This document shows, in pieces, positions 13,346-26,803 of a stretch of 64,000 bases of DNA; positions within the stretch are counted from its first letter, which is position 1; the number at the start of each line of letters is the position of its first letter. Both the position numbers and the translations under genes were made by a program. The stretch lies in the NCBI RefSeq assembly GCF_009914755.1, contig NC_060938.1; one strand, written 5' to 3'. The notes under the pieces were generated by a model that was not told the origin of the DNA, ran no database searches, and worked only from the letters and a program-made list of their open reading frames with translations. The stretch comes from the human T2T-CHM13v2.0 reference genome, Homo sapiens.

Positions 13346-14376
13346 ATGAAGAAATTGGAAGTTAGGGATTGTTGTCCGTTTTTTTCTTGGTATATTCCAA
13401 GTATTTAGGAATAGTGCCTGGCACATAGGAGGTGCTTAATAAATATTTGAGTTAATGAATGTGTGTATATATGCACACGCTTGTGTGTGTGTGTGTAGAA
13501 CTGATAAGATCTCTTGAAGGACTGGTGTGAGAAGAAATGATTCAAGGGTGACTAACTCAGATTTTGGCTTGAGGAGCTAGAAGGATGAAAATCTCAGTAA
13601 CTGAGACAGAGAAAACCTCAAGTTTTAGGGATAGGTCAAGAGTTTAGACGTGGGTTTGTTGGAATTAATGGTGATATTTACACATCCAAGGACCAGTATA
13701 TGAAATGATGGATATACAAGTCTGGAGGTCGGGGGAAAGGTCTGTGTGTGGGTCATTAGCTCAAAAATGAATTTTTAATATTGAGAAGTGTTGATCTTGA
13801 CTAGTAGGATTTCTTTTTTATGGTGTGGTTCTGTCTAAGTGTACAGTACACTTTTATCATTTGGAAGCTGATTTTTCTCTTTTATAGGAAAGCCAGATCT
13901 TATTTCTTTCTTCTTTCTTTGGCCTCTTTTTGGTGTGTTTTATTTCTCATTTACACGAAGAATATAGCTATCTGCTATAGAGCTAATGGCTTTGATGGCA
14001 AAAACATATTGGCTATGATATTCATTGTATTTAAGGACATTTTACTTTCTAATCTTTATTCTAGATCCCTTTGTATTTTTTTATAACTTTAATACTATAA
14101 TAGTTATTTTTATGAGTATTTACATTTTAAGTTGTCTTGTTTCTCACAATTACAAAAAGTGTGTTTTACATTGTATCTCAAAATACTTTTTAAATTTCAG
14201 TTATCTGACAATTCCTGAGTTCAAAAGCATACTTTTCATTGAAGTGATTGAAAAAAATAGGTATCTTAACAAGATGTGTATTTGCATTCTAACTTTACTA
14301 TAACCGTGAATTATTTTTTTTAGAGGTTAGAGAGAAATATATTGAAAGTTATAAAATGATTGTGTTATTCTTTTAG

Positions 14377-14555
14377 GTGAAATTGCCAAATACATGGAAA
14401 CAGTGAAATTACTAGACTACACTGAAAAACCTCTTTATGAAAATTTACGTGACATTCTTTTGCAAGGACTAAAAGCTATAGGAAGTAAGGATGATGGCAA
14501 ATTGGACCTCAGTGTTGTGGAGAATGGAGGTTTGAAAGCAAAAACAATAACAAAG
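14377..14555 (+). CDS. VRK1: VRK1 exon 11 (179 nt; EIAKYMETVKLLDYTEKPLYENLRDILLQGLKAIGSKDDGKLDLSVVENGGLKAKTITK)
   Basis: ttcttttAG acceptor, AAG|GTGAAT donor; overlaps ORF 14394..14672. Confidence 0.97.
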
Positions 14556-17500
14556 GTGAATTTTGTTATTAAATTATTCTTTGGTCTTCTTGTGTTTATA
14601 ATTGCAATAAATACTAAAAGAAAGTATAGCAGTAGTTCAATGAAGAACAATAACAGATTGCATGGCAATTAAGGCAAACATTTTTTGTAATACAGAAAAT
14701 GTGTAGAGGGTTGTAGAAAAATAAATATTTATATATTTCTTATGTTTAGTAGCAAGTTACTAAATTCCTGAACTGATTTTAACTTGGAATACTGATATCT
14801 GACAGGGAAATTTTGATGGTGCACTGAATTCATAATTTATATGTTCTTTTCTCTCAAGTCACCACTTAGGGTTCATCTTGTCTTGGTTGTTTCTTATTTG
14901 TGGATATGGTCAGAGTATTTACCAGTTGAAAACGGGCATTTGAAAAATTACCATTTGAAAATTTCCTTGTTTGTTGGTGTGGTGCATTTTACCATTTGAA
15001 CATTATTTTGCTCTGTGAAGAAATATTATATAAAGCTATATATCAGCATATAAGGGGATTAATTGTTTGGAGAGAAATGTTAAATAATGAACTTTATGGT
15101 AGAAGTATTATACAAGCATGTAAAGAACTTCTGGCATCACTTTAGATTTTACAGGTATGCATTAACTTACTGATTTGCTATTGATTATTTTTGATAATTA
15201 ACTTACTGATAAACTTACTGATTTCCCTTATAATCTGAAATTATTTAATACAATGTGTTAGCTATTTTTATATGAGGAAGGAAAACAACTTTTAGAAGAA
15301 AAATTTTTTTTACATTATTAACCATTTTTACTGTCATTAACTTTGCAAATTCTAATAGATTTATTTGGAAATCTCGTATTCCAAACTGAGAAAAAGCGTT
15401 AAAACAAATTTTTCTCTCTTTAAAATCAGACGCAGCACATTGAAAAGTTTTTATCTTTTCAATTAACAAAGGAGATAGGAATTTTGAAATTGGACCAAAA
15501 ATTTAACTTTGCCAAATAGCAGGTCTCTGTAATTTCATCATAGAATCTGAAATTATATACATGCATCTACATATACTTTTTTTTCTTTGATAAGTTTTAT
15601 CTTAATTGCATCTGCTCCAGTTTTGTGGTCAACAAGTGTGCTGAAAACTGTATCTGTTTGAAATGAAGAGGGTAAAATGGAAGCCTGAGTGGAATTTTTT
15701 AGTAAGGTATTATAGTAAACTTACTCTTTGCATACATGCATAAACAAGCAGCATGTTTCTTATTGCTCAGGATAGATTTCTCTGCGTTAATATTTATAGG
15801 TAGCTTGTATAGTGTTTTTCTCTAAAATTTTGGTGATTGAGAAGTAAAGATCTCTGCTGCTATGTGAGAACTTGTCCAGAGCAACCACCTCCCTCCGCCC
15901 AACCCCCATCCCCCTGTCCCCGCCCCTACCTTCCTTTGCAAATCCCTTTGTTGTTTGGACTTACATGCTGGAGAAAATGTAGTTTCTGCAGGTTGGCTGA
16001 CTTTACAGCTGAGTAGGTCAGTCTGCTGCAGAGCTAACATCTGTGACCTTATAATTCTGTGGTGTCCTTGGATAGTTCAGAAGGCTGGAAATTTCCTGTT
16101 GGATCATCCCTGACATGTATAAAGCTTCATTTAGGGGAAAAAAATGAATACTAAGTTGAACAAGTTGAACTATTAGGAGATTTATTTCATTAGTTTACTA
16201 CTTTTTGTACACTCATTGCTGACACAGGGTTATTCTTTGTATTAAAAAGAAATTAATAAAAGTTAAGGTTAGGTAAGATCATGAGCTGCTTGATAGCCAT
16301 GTAACTGAAGTGAGTTATTAATTTTGTTAGCTTTTTTTTTTTTTGTAAAGTGAAAGAACTGGACCAGACCAGTTTTTTTTCAAGCTTTTCTTTTAAACTG
16401 CAGAACATTTTCTTCATATAATTTGTAAATGCTGTCACTGAAAACAGATAAAAGCAGAGCTCTGCTGGATGAGAAGTTGGGGGCTCCCTGCAATGAAAAG
16501 CTTTCTCCTTTGAGAAACTAGCTTGCTGCCTCTGTTTTTCAGCAAGATCTATAACCCAGATGTCTTTTTTTGCTCTGGATGTCAGGAGGCTCAAAACTAA
16601 ATATGATGCTTAGTTCTAGAAACTGTTAATTTTAATAATTAGTACATTTGTTTCCTCTCTTTTCGTTTGTCATAATTTTTGAAAGTGTGAAGTATATTTT
16701 CTGTGTATATATCAGACTCAGATCTCTTTTGGAAAGGGGTAGGTTTAATCAGTTTAATATATGTTTGTATTTAGGTTCCTAAGAAATATTCTTTTTGGTA
16801 AAAACCTACAGGAATTGATGAACAGTGGAATGAAGCAAGGTTTCTTGTCTATGTTTTTGCAGCCATGCTTGATTATGGTGCAGTATATTTGGAAACTAGA
16901 GTGAAACATGAATTTACCCACTTGGAAATGTTTTCTGCTTAATAATCAAGGAGCTTTATTTAAAGCATAGAATTTTGGGATGACATAAGGCTGAAGGAGA
17001 ACAGAGAGATCAAGTATACATCTGCCCTTAAAAAGTACAAAGTCAAATATTTTTATTGTTGATTAGAACTAAACATTTTCAGTTTTTAGAATCTGGCAGT
17101 ACAGTGCAACAGTTATTGGATTCAGTGTATACTCATAAATTAACATTCAACAATTACATAAAAAGTCTAGTTTATGTACCTGATCTAGGCTAGGTCTCTA
17201 GGGCTACGGAGATCAATGACATGTGGTCCCATTCTTAAAGAATTCCTTCCTGTTCCATCTGGGTTAAGAACAGCTTAATTTACTGGAAAGAGCTCAGCAA
17301 GTTAAAAGGACATTAACACTTCCATGAACTATTTTAGGGTTTTAAGTTGCCTGCCTAAGTCAACAAAAAGGGTTGTTGACTGGAATCTCATCCCTGGAAA
17401 GTCGTTGAGTAAGGTCTAGATCATGGCCTTGCAATTTGTATTTTAGTTTTTCATTTTCAGACAGCCTATATTGTTGCTCCCTATGAATGATTATTCACAT

Positions 17501-18039
17501 ACCTTTCTTTCCTTCTCTATTTTACCTCCTAATTTTAAAATTTTAAAATTTTATTTTTCTGGCTGCATTATGCTAATTGGTCTTTCTAGAGTTTCTCTTA
17601 TTTAACCATTGTTAAATAAACCCTTGCTGGCACTTAGCCTGGAACAGGGTACAAAGAGTTGAATAAGTGCAAAGCCCTTCCATTGCAAATCAGTAGCCTG
17701 CAGCTGCTCCGGTGGACAGCTTTCTTCCTTTCTTTCTGAAGGGATTGCACCTCGTACAGCCTTTATACCATTGTAGCCTATAGTTTCAGTCGGGTTGCCC
17801 TGAATGTGCTCTAAATTTGGTGAAAATCTATCTAGCTGTTTTAGCCTGATACGGTAATAAAGATAAACTGTATTTTAATTGTATAAATTTTAGATTGTTG
17901 AAGTACATTCCTGTTTTCTAATGGTTTGATCATAGTACTGTAGTTAAGTCGAGTCAGCATTTGCTAACAATTTTTTTCTTTAGGTCTGTTATTGAATTCT
18001 TTATTTTGAACTTCTTATTTGGCTGAATTTTGTCAAGTG

Positions 18040-19560
18040 GACTTTTTTGCCCTAATTAAGTGAAGTTGTTACGTATGTATAGAAAAGTACATGAATAAGT
18101 ACACTTTTACACAATACTCATTTAAACATCACCCAGATCAAGATGTGGATCATTGCCAGAATTAGTTTTGCAATTTTTGGGGAAATTTATAGTAATGGTA
18201 TCATATATTACATACTCTTTTGTTTCTTTCATTTAATTGTATCTCTGAATTTCCATGCTGTTGCATGTAACAAAAATTTGTTGTTTTTCATTGCTGTGTA
18301 GTATCCCATATGACTATACCGTAATTTATTGATGGACATTCAAATTGTTCCAGTTTCCGGCAGTTGTGATAATGCTGTTAAGAACATTATTTTAATTTTT
18401 GGGGGGAAACATGTACATTTATTTCAGATTGGGTCTGTACGTACTGGGGTTGCTGCAGCCTAGGGCTTACTTATGTTGAGGGTTTGTAGATATTGCCAAT
18501 TTTCCAAAGCTGCTCTCTCAGCTTACATTCTTATCAGTAGCATGGAGGAGTTCCAGTTGCTCACTGACACTAGCTCTTGCATTATATTTAATTTCTCCTA
18601 TTTTGGTGGACGTGCACTGATTTGTTTATGGTTTTAATTTAATCTCCTTGAAAAATATTGATTTGAAACATTTTTGTATGCCTGCCAGCCTTGATAATCC
18701 TTTTTTTTTGGTGAAGTACATTTCAAATCGTTTGCCTATTTAAAAAAAAAAAAATTGGGGTCGTTAGCTTTCTTTTGATTTGCCAGAGTTGAATACTTTG
18801 TATGTAAACAATGTATGTGTTGCACATATCATCTTCCAGTTGGTGTTTAATCTTTTCACTCTTAATATGGTATCTTTTAATGAATAGAATCTCTTCATTT
18901 TCATGAAGCTCAGTTTATCAGTCTTTATGGTTAGTGCTTTTTATATTCTATTTGGGAATATTTTGTCTACTTAGGATCATGAAGATATGTTATTTTCAAG
19001 AAAGTTTATCTTATCCATCACATTTAAGTCTACAGTTTAACAGAAATTGATTTTGTGCATGGTGTGAGTCAGTATTTGTTTTCCTTCTTTTGGATATCTA
19101 GTTGATCTCAACCATTTGTGGAAAAGACGATCGTGTCCTTACAGCATTGCAGTGGTAACCATAGGTATTTTAGTCTCTTTCTAGATACCCTATTCTGTAC
19201 CATTGGCCCGCTTGTCCATCTCTGTGCCAGTGCCACACTGTTTGAACTATTGTCTTCATAATGATACCTGATAGCATATATTCTCCAACTTTTATTTCTT
19301 TAGCATTGTCTTTGCTATTCTTCGCTCTTTGAATTTACATACAAATTTTAGAATTGGCTTATTAGTTTCCTCAAAAATACTTCTAGGATTTTGACTAAAG
19401 TTGACTTTACTCTATAGAGCAATTCGGAAAGAACTGACATCTTCTCTTCCATAGCCATAGTAGGCCCCTATAGTTACTTAGATGTTCTTCCATTTATCTC
19501 AGTCGTGTTTGTAGTCTTCTGTGTCTGTAGAGGGAATACACAACATCCATGTCTATTTTC
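18040..19560 (-). mobile_element. Old L1 (L1MD/ME-like) 3' region
   Basis: ccatgctgttgcatgt, gagttccagttgctc, gtgccagtgccacactg, caaattttagaattggc motifs. Confidence 0.7.
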
Positions 19561-21274
19561 TTATAACTGCTTAATTCTTCTATTTTTTTTTTTTGGATTA
19601 TCTGTGATTATACAAAGTCTTTCCTTTATGTCATCTGATTGTCAGATATGTTTGCTCTGTTTTTTACTATTCCTAATATATATAAGTTCTGTAATGATTG
19701 TTTTGTTTAGCTGTGTGGTTTCATTGTTATCCTTTTGTCTTTTAAATCATTTCCTCTATTTTTTAAAAAAAGTAAGTATTTTTAAATGTAGTTTTTTAAG
19801 CCTCTGATGCATTTTATAAAATTTTCTTCCTTGGGGGAGGACTGTTTTCTTTCAGAGGTGGAGTCTTCAGCTATCTTTTGGTTGCTATGAGCTTCTTTTT
19901 CAGTTTCTTTTCTTGTCTCCTGGTATTCTTTGTTCGTGTGCTTATTCTATCTTATTCATATTGGATAAGGAGAGCTTTATGTGAATTTACTAGATTATTG
20001 TATTTGTGAATCTTTGACTTTCCCATCTTTGAGAATGTTATTCTTTATAGTTTGGATTTTAGGGCTTGATATATTGCCAATTCATTTTCTTTACCTATGA
20101 ATACATATTTGGGGGTGGATCTGATGAGCCATAGGCCAAATTATCAGTCATTTTCCAGTATTTGCTTCGGTTCTCTGCCTACCCAGAAGAAGCAAAAATG
20201 TGAGTTTATTAATTTGGGATGTTCTTAGTGAATCCACAGTGAAAGAAAGACTATATTGGCGATCTCTTCTCCATGACTTTAGTTCTTTATGTGTTTCTTA
20301 TTTATGTTCTCTTTTCTCAACAGTTGTGGCAGTTCCCTGTTTACTGTTGAGGATAATTAGTGATTTTGATTATTCTGCCGTCTTTCTCCAGGTTTCTTCC
20401 CAGCCAGGGAAGAAACAAAATTACAGGTCCTGCTTTTGGGGAGTCACTGGGGAGTAGGGAGGGTTTCCTCTTTTCAACGGGCTTAAGTCTTTTCTCCCCC
20501 AAGCTGCCTGACTTACATCTTCTAGACTGGGGGCCACTGGTGAAAAATTTCAGAATGGTGTTTGCTCACATTCTTGAAGTGTCTGACAAACTTCATGGTC
20601 ATCACTTTTCAAAGGTTATGCTGCAAAGCTATGATACTTCTGTTTGCTGCTGAAATATTTCTTAATTGTTATTTTGGGTTCATTACTTCAGATTTTAGGT
20701 GGAGGGAAGTTGTGAAGTCTTAACCTCCAAAATGTCTCCACTCATTTTTTAACACATTTTAATTTGTTTATGTGTGTGAACATTTAATTAGAATTTATGT
20801 TCTTTTCTCACGAGTAAACAGAGCTTGTTTTTACTTTTACCCTCTGAGCCCTCCACAAACCATCTCTCATACTGCAGTCATCTGGAATTTTTAGTTCTAG
20901 TTTTTTGTGTCATTTGTATACTATGTATTATTTTTTAGAGTTAATCATGAGTCTAACGTATTTTGTGTTTTTTGTTTGTTTGTTATCCATGTCCTTTCTC
21001 TTGACTTTATGTTTCAGAGTATATGCTCAATCTTTTTTTAAAGAAAGCTTCTGGATGGTAAACTTGTAAATCTTGGGAAGTCCAAAAATGTCTGTTTTTT
21101 CCCCAGTTGAAAACTAATGTGGCTATATAGTTTTTAATTGAAGACATTGCTTTGTTGCCTTCTAACATCTAATTTTCCTAATTTTTGTTTTTTACTAGAT
21201 TTCTATTTTTTCCACTCTTGCTTTGAAGCTTCTTGCCTTTCTCTTTGTCCTGGCATTCTGCAGATATCTGTGCA

Positions 21275-21277
<3 letters not shown>

Positions 21278-21309
<32 letters not shown>
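21278..21309. repeat. (GT)16 microsatellite
   Basis: Uninterrupted GT run. Confidence 0.95.
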
Positions 21310-21310
<1 letters not shown>

Positions 21311-22064
21311 CTAGTTTGTTTTTACACTTTAATTAGTTATCTTTCTTGGTACTTGGCAGACCTTTTTCATCTAAAGGCTTAATGCCTGTCTTAGACGCTT
21401 GAACAATTTATTTTCTGTGTATGTGAGGCTTTCCTTTCCTTTCCTTCTCTATTCTGTCCCTCCGGAACTCCTACCACATGAATATGGGAACTCTGGAAGC
21501 TAGCTTCTTTTCTCCATGTCTCCTAACTCTTCGACCACATGTTCATTTCCTTAACGCTGTTTTGTATAGATCTGTGGGCTTCTTCTTGCCCATTTGTTAC
21601 ATCTGTTTTGTTTTTTAGTCATATTTTAAGGGTACTAGTTCTTTTTTTAATATGTCAGCATATTCTTGTTTTATTGGTAAGATAGCCTCTTAAATCCTTT
21701 GAGAATAGTAATTATGAGACTTTTTTATATTAACTGTTTTGGCAGAGGGATTGTTCTTTTTGAGTTTAATGCCTTTCTGTTTTGGTTCTGTGATATTGCT
21801 TAGATTTTTTTCAATGTTTATTATCTAGTCATGTTTTTTGTTGTTTGACTTATTTTAATAGTGTATACCTCAGTCAAAGTTGGAATACCTATTTTCCTGT
21901 TAGTTTAATAGAATTTTCATTACGGACATCTACTTCCAGTGATTTCAGAAATGAGTGAAATTTGTGGCCAGATAGCTTGTTTTTTAGGTGCCAGGACTCA
22001 CTGCTTCTCCAGTTTCTTTTTCTGGTCCATTAACACACAAATACCTCAGATCATTTTAATGGAG

Positions 22065-22247
22065 GTGCTTGTGAGGCTGTGGGTGGCATCCTTAGTTGCA
22101 TATTATAATAAATTCACCTGGGAGCTTTTAAGTATCTGTGCTGCACCCTAGACCAAGTAAATCAAAAGCTATAAGGGTGGGACCGTCGGGATTTTTAAAA
22201 AACTTCCTAGGTGATTTCATTGTGCAGACATAGTTAAGAACCACTGC
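22065..22247. mobile_element. MER5A-like hAT-Charlie element
   Basis: aattcacctgggagctttt...cctaggtgatttc...agttaagaaccactg. Confidence 0.75.
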
Positions 22248-22618
22248 ATATTAAAATTTGAGTGTCTGAATAGCTTCTGTGCAGAAAACAGCCCTTTTGT
22301 AAATAGGCATAGCAAATACAGGGCATTTTAGACTTTACATTGTAGCATTTATCAGCCCCATGACCAGCTTTTGCATGTGGGCAGTGATGCACACATACTA
22401 TTTTTTGATCTCTGTATATATAAGTACTTTACTATAAGTGATACAGAAGGAAATTTGGTGTCATATAAATGTCTTGAATGGTGCCCAGCAGAATTTCTTG
22501 AAGTAATGAAAGGACATGCTTATAAGAAGTACTCAAAATTGAGATCTCAAAGGATATTATTAGATTTATTTTTCTGATATAATGGCCAGTTCTTCGGAAA
22601 TGTTAAGCATTTCTGTGC

Positions 22619-22908
22619 TTTTTTTTTTTTTTTTTGAGACAGAGTTTTGCTCTTGTTGCCCAGGCTGGAGTGCAATGGGACGATCTCGACTCACCGCAGC
22701 CACCGGGTTCAAGCGATTCTCCAGCCTCAGCCTCCCAAGTAGCTGGGATTACAGGCATGCGCCACCACGCCTGGCTAATTTTGTATTTTTAGTAGAGACG
22801 GGGTTTCTCCGTGTTGGTCAGGCTGGTCAAACTCCTGACCTCAGATTATCTGCCCGCCTCAGCCTACCTAAGTGCTGGGATTACAGGTGTGAGCCACCAC
22901 GCCCGGCC
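22619..22908 (-). mobile_element. AluSp-like, antisense, intron 11
   Basis: Poly-T, tcaccgca and gtttctcc..gttggtcaggc diagnostics; small internal deletions. Confidence 0.93.
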
Positions 22909-25626
22909 TCGTGTAAAAATGGATGAATTTTTTCAAAAAGTTCTTTCAGTTGAAATAAGAGTGTTATCTGTCTTGCTTATAAGATTGTTATGAGGAATAA
23001 AAGATATAAAGTGCTTAGAGCAGTGGCAGGCACATAGCAAGTGACCAGTAAATGTTAACTGCAATATTATTGTTAATGCTGTTATTTAATCCACTATTTA
23101 ACTTTTCCCATCTTTCTAGTTTCTTGATGATAAGAAAATAACATGGAACGTTTTCATTTGAATCTGTTTTCATTTGAACCTTCTAATAAACTAAGATCTT
23201 AGATCTTTAAAAGTTCAGTTTATGAAACAGGGTATTAGGCACATGTGAATGAAGACTGGGTTATATTTTACTTAGTGAGTATGTGTGTTAAAATAGGTTG
23301 TTTTGAATAGTAAACGATTATGAATTGGTAAAAGTTGATTTTTGCAGTGAAAGACAAGATGTTAATTACTATGAAATAAAGACTAAAATGTAGCTCCATC
23401 TTGTTAAGGCAGAATATAAACAGATTTTTTAAATAAGTAAAATATAGCTCCATACCTTTTAAGAACATATAAGTCAAATTAATGAGTTTGTAGTTATCCC
23501 TTTTTTTTCTTAAGCTAAATAATTGATACGAGAAGATAATAGTACTTGACATAAAGCAGAGGAGTCCTGACCACCAGAGAATTCTGTGTCTGCCATTTTC
23601 TGCCTGCGTGTTTAGGAATTAGGTGTTTTGTGGACATAAGTTTATTGAGGGAAGATCAGGTAGTATGTTTTTAATAGTAACTCTAATGTAGCCCAATTTG
23701 TTCTGTAATACGCTTGTTCATGTGTTGCCTTGAGATTAGTTAACTCCCCACCAGTATATATATAGGTTTTGGTTTTCATTGATGTATTTATAAAGATTAG
23801 CCTCCTTAGTTTATAGTATTATATTAAATAGTTTTCAAAATCTTACATTTTTAATTCTTGAGCATTCCTCAGAAGACTTGATTGTGCTCAGTACAGGTAA
23901 TAGGATATTGACCCTTTAAACTTTAGGTTATCACTGAGCATTTATGTAGTTTCTATATTCTTTCAGGACCTTTAAATTATTTTTTATAACTTTTGCAGCA
24001 TGCCTGTGAAATACATTTGTTCATAAATGATGGGACTAAAACTCAGAAGAGGCCAGGTGACTTGTTCAGGGCTGTGAAATCATTATTATTATGCATTTAT
24101 ATAGAAAGTTCAAGGCATCCTAGTGATTTTAGGCATAAAATATTAAAGATAATTAAAGCATGACCCGGCCACTCATTTGCCTTTTCCCATAAATTGTACT
24201 TGAACCATCTTAACTTTGCCAAAAGTTTTCGACCTTAATGGTGCATGTCATGGAACCCTCAGAGGAAAACATGAGTGAAGAGATGTGACATTGACTTTAA
24301 TCTAGAATAGAATACACTGACATATTAGTCTTCTAGACCGTAGTTCATTGAATCTCTGGAAACAGCTTTCGTCTTGTTAACTGACTATACGTTTGATCAT
24401 ATTAAAGTTTCATGATCTCCTTGTAACATGAATGATGTTAGAATCATGAAAAGCCATTGCTGCCAACAAGTTGGAAGTTGAATTTACGGTTTTCAAAAGT
24501 GTCATTAGGAGATTTTTCTAGGTTGTGCTTGCTATTATTGTATGACATTTTGATGAAAGTTCTTAAGCATGTAGTACTCTTGTAGATCATGTAATCAAGG
24601 GTTAGCTTGTTTCACAGCTAATCTGCTTGTTAGCTGAATGTTTTTTCTAGGAGAATGGATGACAGTAGAGCTTGAAGGCAGCTTTCCCTAGTTCCTTAGT
24701 AAGCCAAGCTGAAGGGACATACATGTGCTCTAAAATAAGTGAATAGACAAATTATGCTGACTTTATGAAAGCAGTGCTTTTGCTGAAAAAAATGTGTTGC
24801 GCATGGAGCAATCAACCCTGATAGCCAACCAGATGGTTTTTTTCCTCCATTTATTCTGACAAAGTCTACCATTGTATCAGTATTTTTTGGCACATTCATA
24901 TAAATTACCTGTAATTTTTGGTGTGCTATTTTTTGATAGTTACAGTAAATTCTTAATTTTTCATGGTATTGTAAGGGTGGGATACCTTGAACTAGTGAAG
25001 AACATAGATATTCCAAACTTTGTGTGCCATATATTTAATCATTTTATTTTGCTAACCTTGTTCCTTCAGACCTGTTAATTAGCAAAATTGCTTGAGTTGT
25101 ACTTCCTTTCTATCTCCAGAGTAGGTAACTAAAAATGTTGACAGGAGAGAGATCTAAATTTAAACAAGTAGACAACAACAACAAAATCAAGGGTGGACTG
25201 TGATGTAATGTGTGTGTTACATTTCATATGGATTGATACTTCAATGAATGAATTTCCATGTTAGTGGGATTACACTGGACACTTATGTAAGAACACTCAT
25301 TTATGGAACCCTAAAAGGATTTCTTATAGTGCTTATAGCAAAACAAATAGTTGCAGAAATTAAACGTGTGTGTATTTAATGTTTTTATAAAAGATGAAGT
25401 TTCTCTTTTGCTTTAACTATTTTATAGTGTCTATTTTTCAGCTTGAAAATGACAGTGCCAGGCACACAGTAGATGCTTAATAAGTACATGGTGGTGATCT
25501 TCACCTCTGTTCAGATGGAGGTCAGTGCTGTTGTGGAAGGAAATTGCAATAGTCATTATTTTTATTACAGTCTTCATCACTGAAACTCATTGAAAACAAT
25601 AAATCACTTTAATAAATTCTAGCAAA

Positions 25627-25919
25627 TTTTTATTTTTATTTTTATTTTTTTTTGAGACGGAGTCTTGCTCTGTCACCCAGGCTGGAGTTCATTGGTGTGA
25701 TCTTGGCTCACTGCAACCTCTGCCTCCTGGATTCAAGCAGTTCTTCTGCCTCAGCTGGGACTGGTGTGTGCCACCACACCTGGCTAATTTTTGTATTTTT
25801 AGTAGAGACGGGGTTTCGCCATGTGGCCAGCCTGGTCTCAAACTCCTGACCTCAAGTGATCCACCCACCTAGGCCTCCCAAAGTGCTGGGATTGTAGGCG
25901 TGAGCTACTGCGCCGGGCC
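25627..25919 (-). mobile_element. AluS, antisense, intron 11
   Basis: (TTTTTA)n tail; Alu body with an internal deletion; flanking tctagca repeats. Confidence 0.93.
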
Positions 25920-26741
25920 TCTAGCAGGATATTTTTAGATTATTCCTCAAATTTGTCTGTCTCTTTTCAAGTCATTCATTCATTTCCTAACTCTCCATCT
26001 TTTTATTTCTTCTCCCTGTAGTTATGTTTGACCTTTCTCTGCATTTTCTTAAAACATATATGTAATTAATGTCCATTCAAATATTACAGTTTTTGAGAGA
26101 CTTAGAGGAAGATATGAAATTACCTCTTTATTACAAGAATAGTTCAATAGTTACTCTACAGGTGCACATCTGTATATGTGCAAAACACTGTGCCAAACTC
26201 ATTAAGGGTTAGATAAATGAGGAAAACCATAGTCCTTGCCCTCAGGGAACATACATAGTAGAAGAGAAATAGAGGAGGTTATGAAAATAGTTTACATGAA
26301 ATACACAAATGTGTGTACTATAATATAACTCTGGAAAAAAATACATTAAGAACACAGCAACTAGAAACTGCTGCTTCCTACTGAAAGCTCACATAGGAGA
26401 CCGCATAGTGCTGTGGAAAGGAAATTGCAATAAGAATAAAGAGCTCTGAGTTCTAGTCTTTTCATCACCATCAGCTGAGAAATACTGAGCACATTCTCTG
26501 GCTTTTTTCCGTCCCTAGCTTCAGTTTTTTCTGTGTATATAGTAGATTTTAACTAAATCTATTAGTTTCATAAATATTGTGGCATAATAACATGTTTGCT
26601 GTAACCTTCATAGAAGATGTGTCCTTTTTCTTTTAGTTACTACTAATATTCTATTTTCAGCCACTGTTAGGGAATGTAATAATTTAATCAAATAAATAAA
26701 ATAAGATTAACTGATTAGTCACATGGACTGATTAGTGCAGT

Positions 26742-26803
26742 GTTTAGAACAAAGAACTTTGTTCTAAACTGTGTTCTATAGCACATATGACATATGTGCT
26801 ATA
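26742..26803. repeat. Two adjacent perfect inverted repeats with 13-bp arms
   Basis: GTTTAGAACAAAG-AA-CTTTGTTCTAAAC (26742-26769) and TATAGCACATATG-A-CATATGTGCTATA (26777-26803). Confidence 0.97.

Noticed and set aside
14435-14668. 77-aa ORF antisense to exon 11
   Set aside because: Shadow ORF of the coding strand with no independent support.
16453-16466. Perfect 14-bp palindrome AGCAGAGCTCTGCT
   Set aside because: With 7-bp arms, several are expected by chance in 64 kb.
17742-17853. Possible cryptic exon in intron 11 (tttctgaAG ... ACG|GTAATA)
   Set aside because: AAG acceptor and donor are both weak; 112 nt with an early stop; nothing separates it from a pseudo-exon.
19505-19807. 100-aa very hydrophobic ORF
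   Set aside because: T-rich decayed antisense L1-like sequence yields F/L/I/C-rich peptides; non-ATG start.
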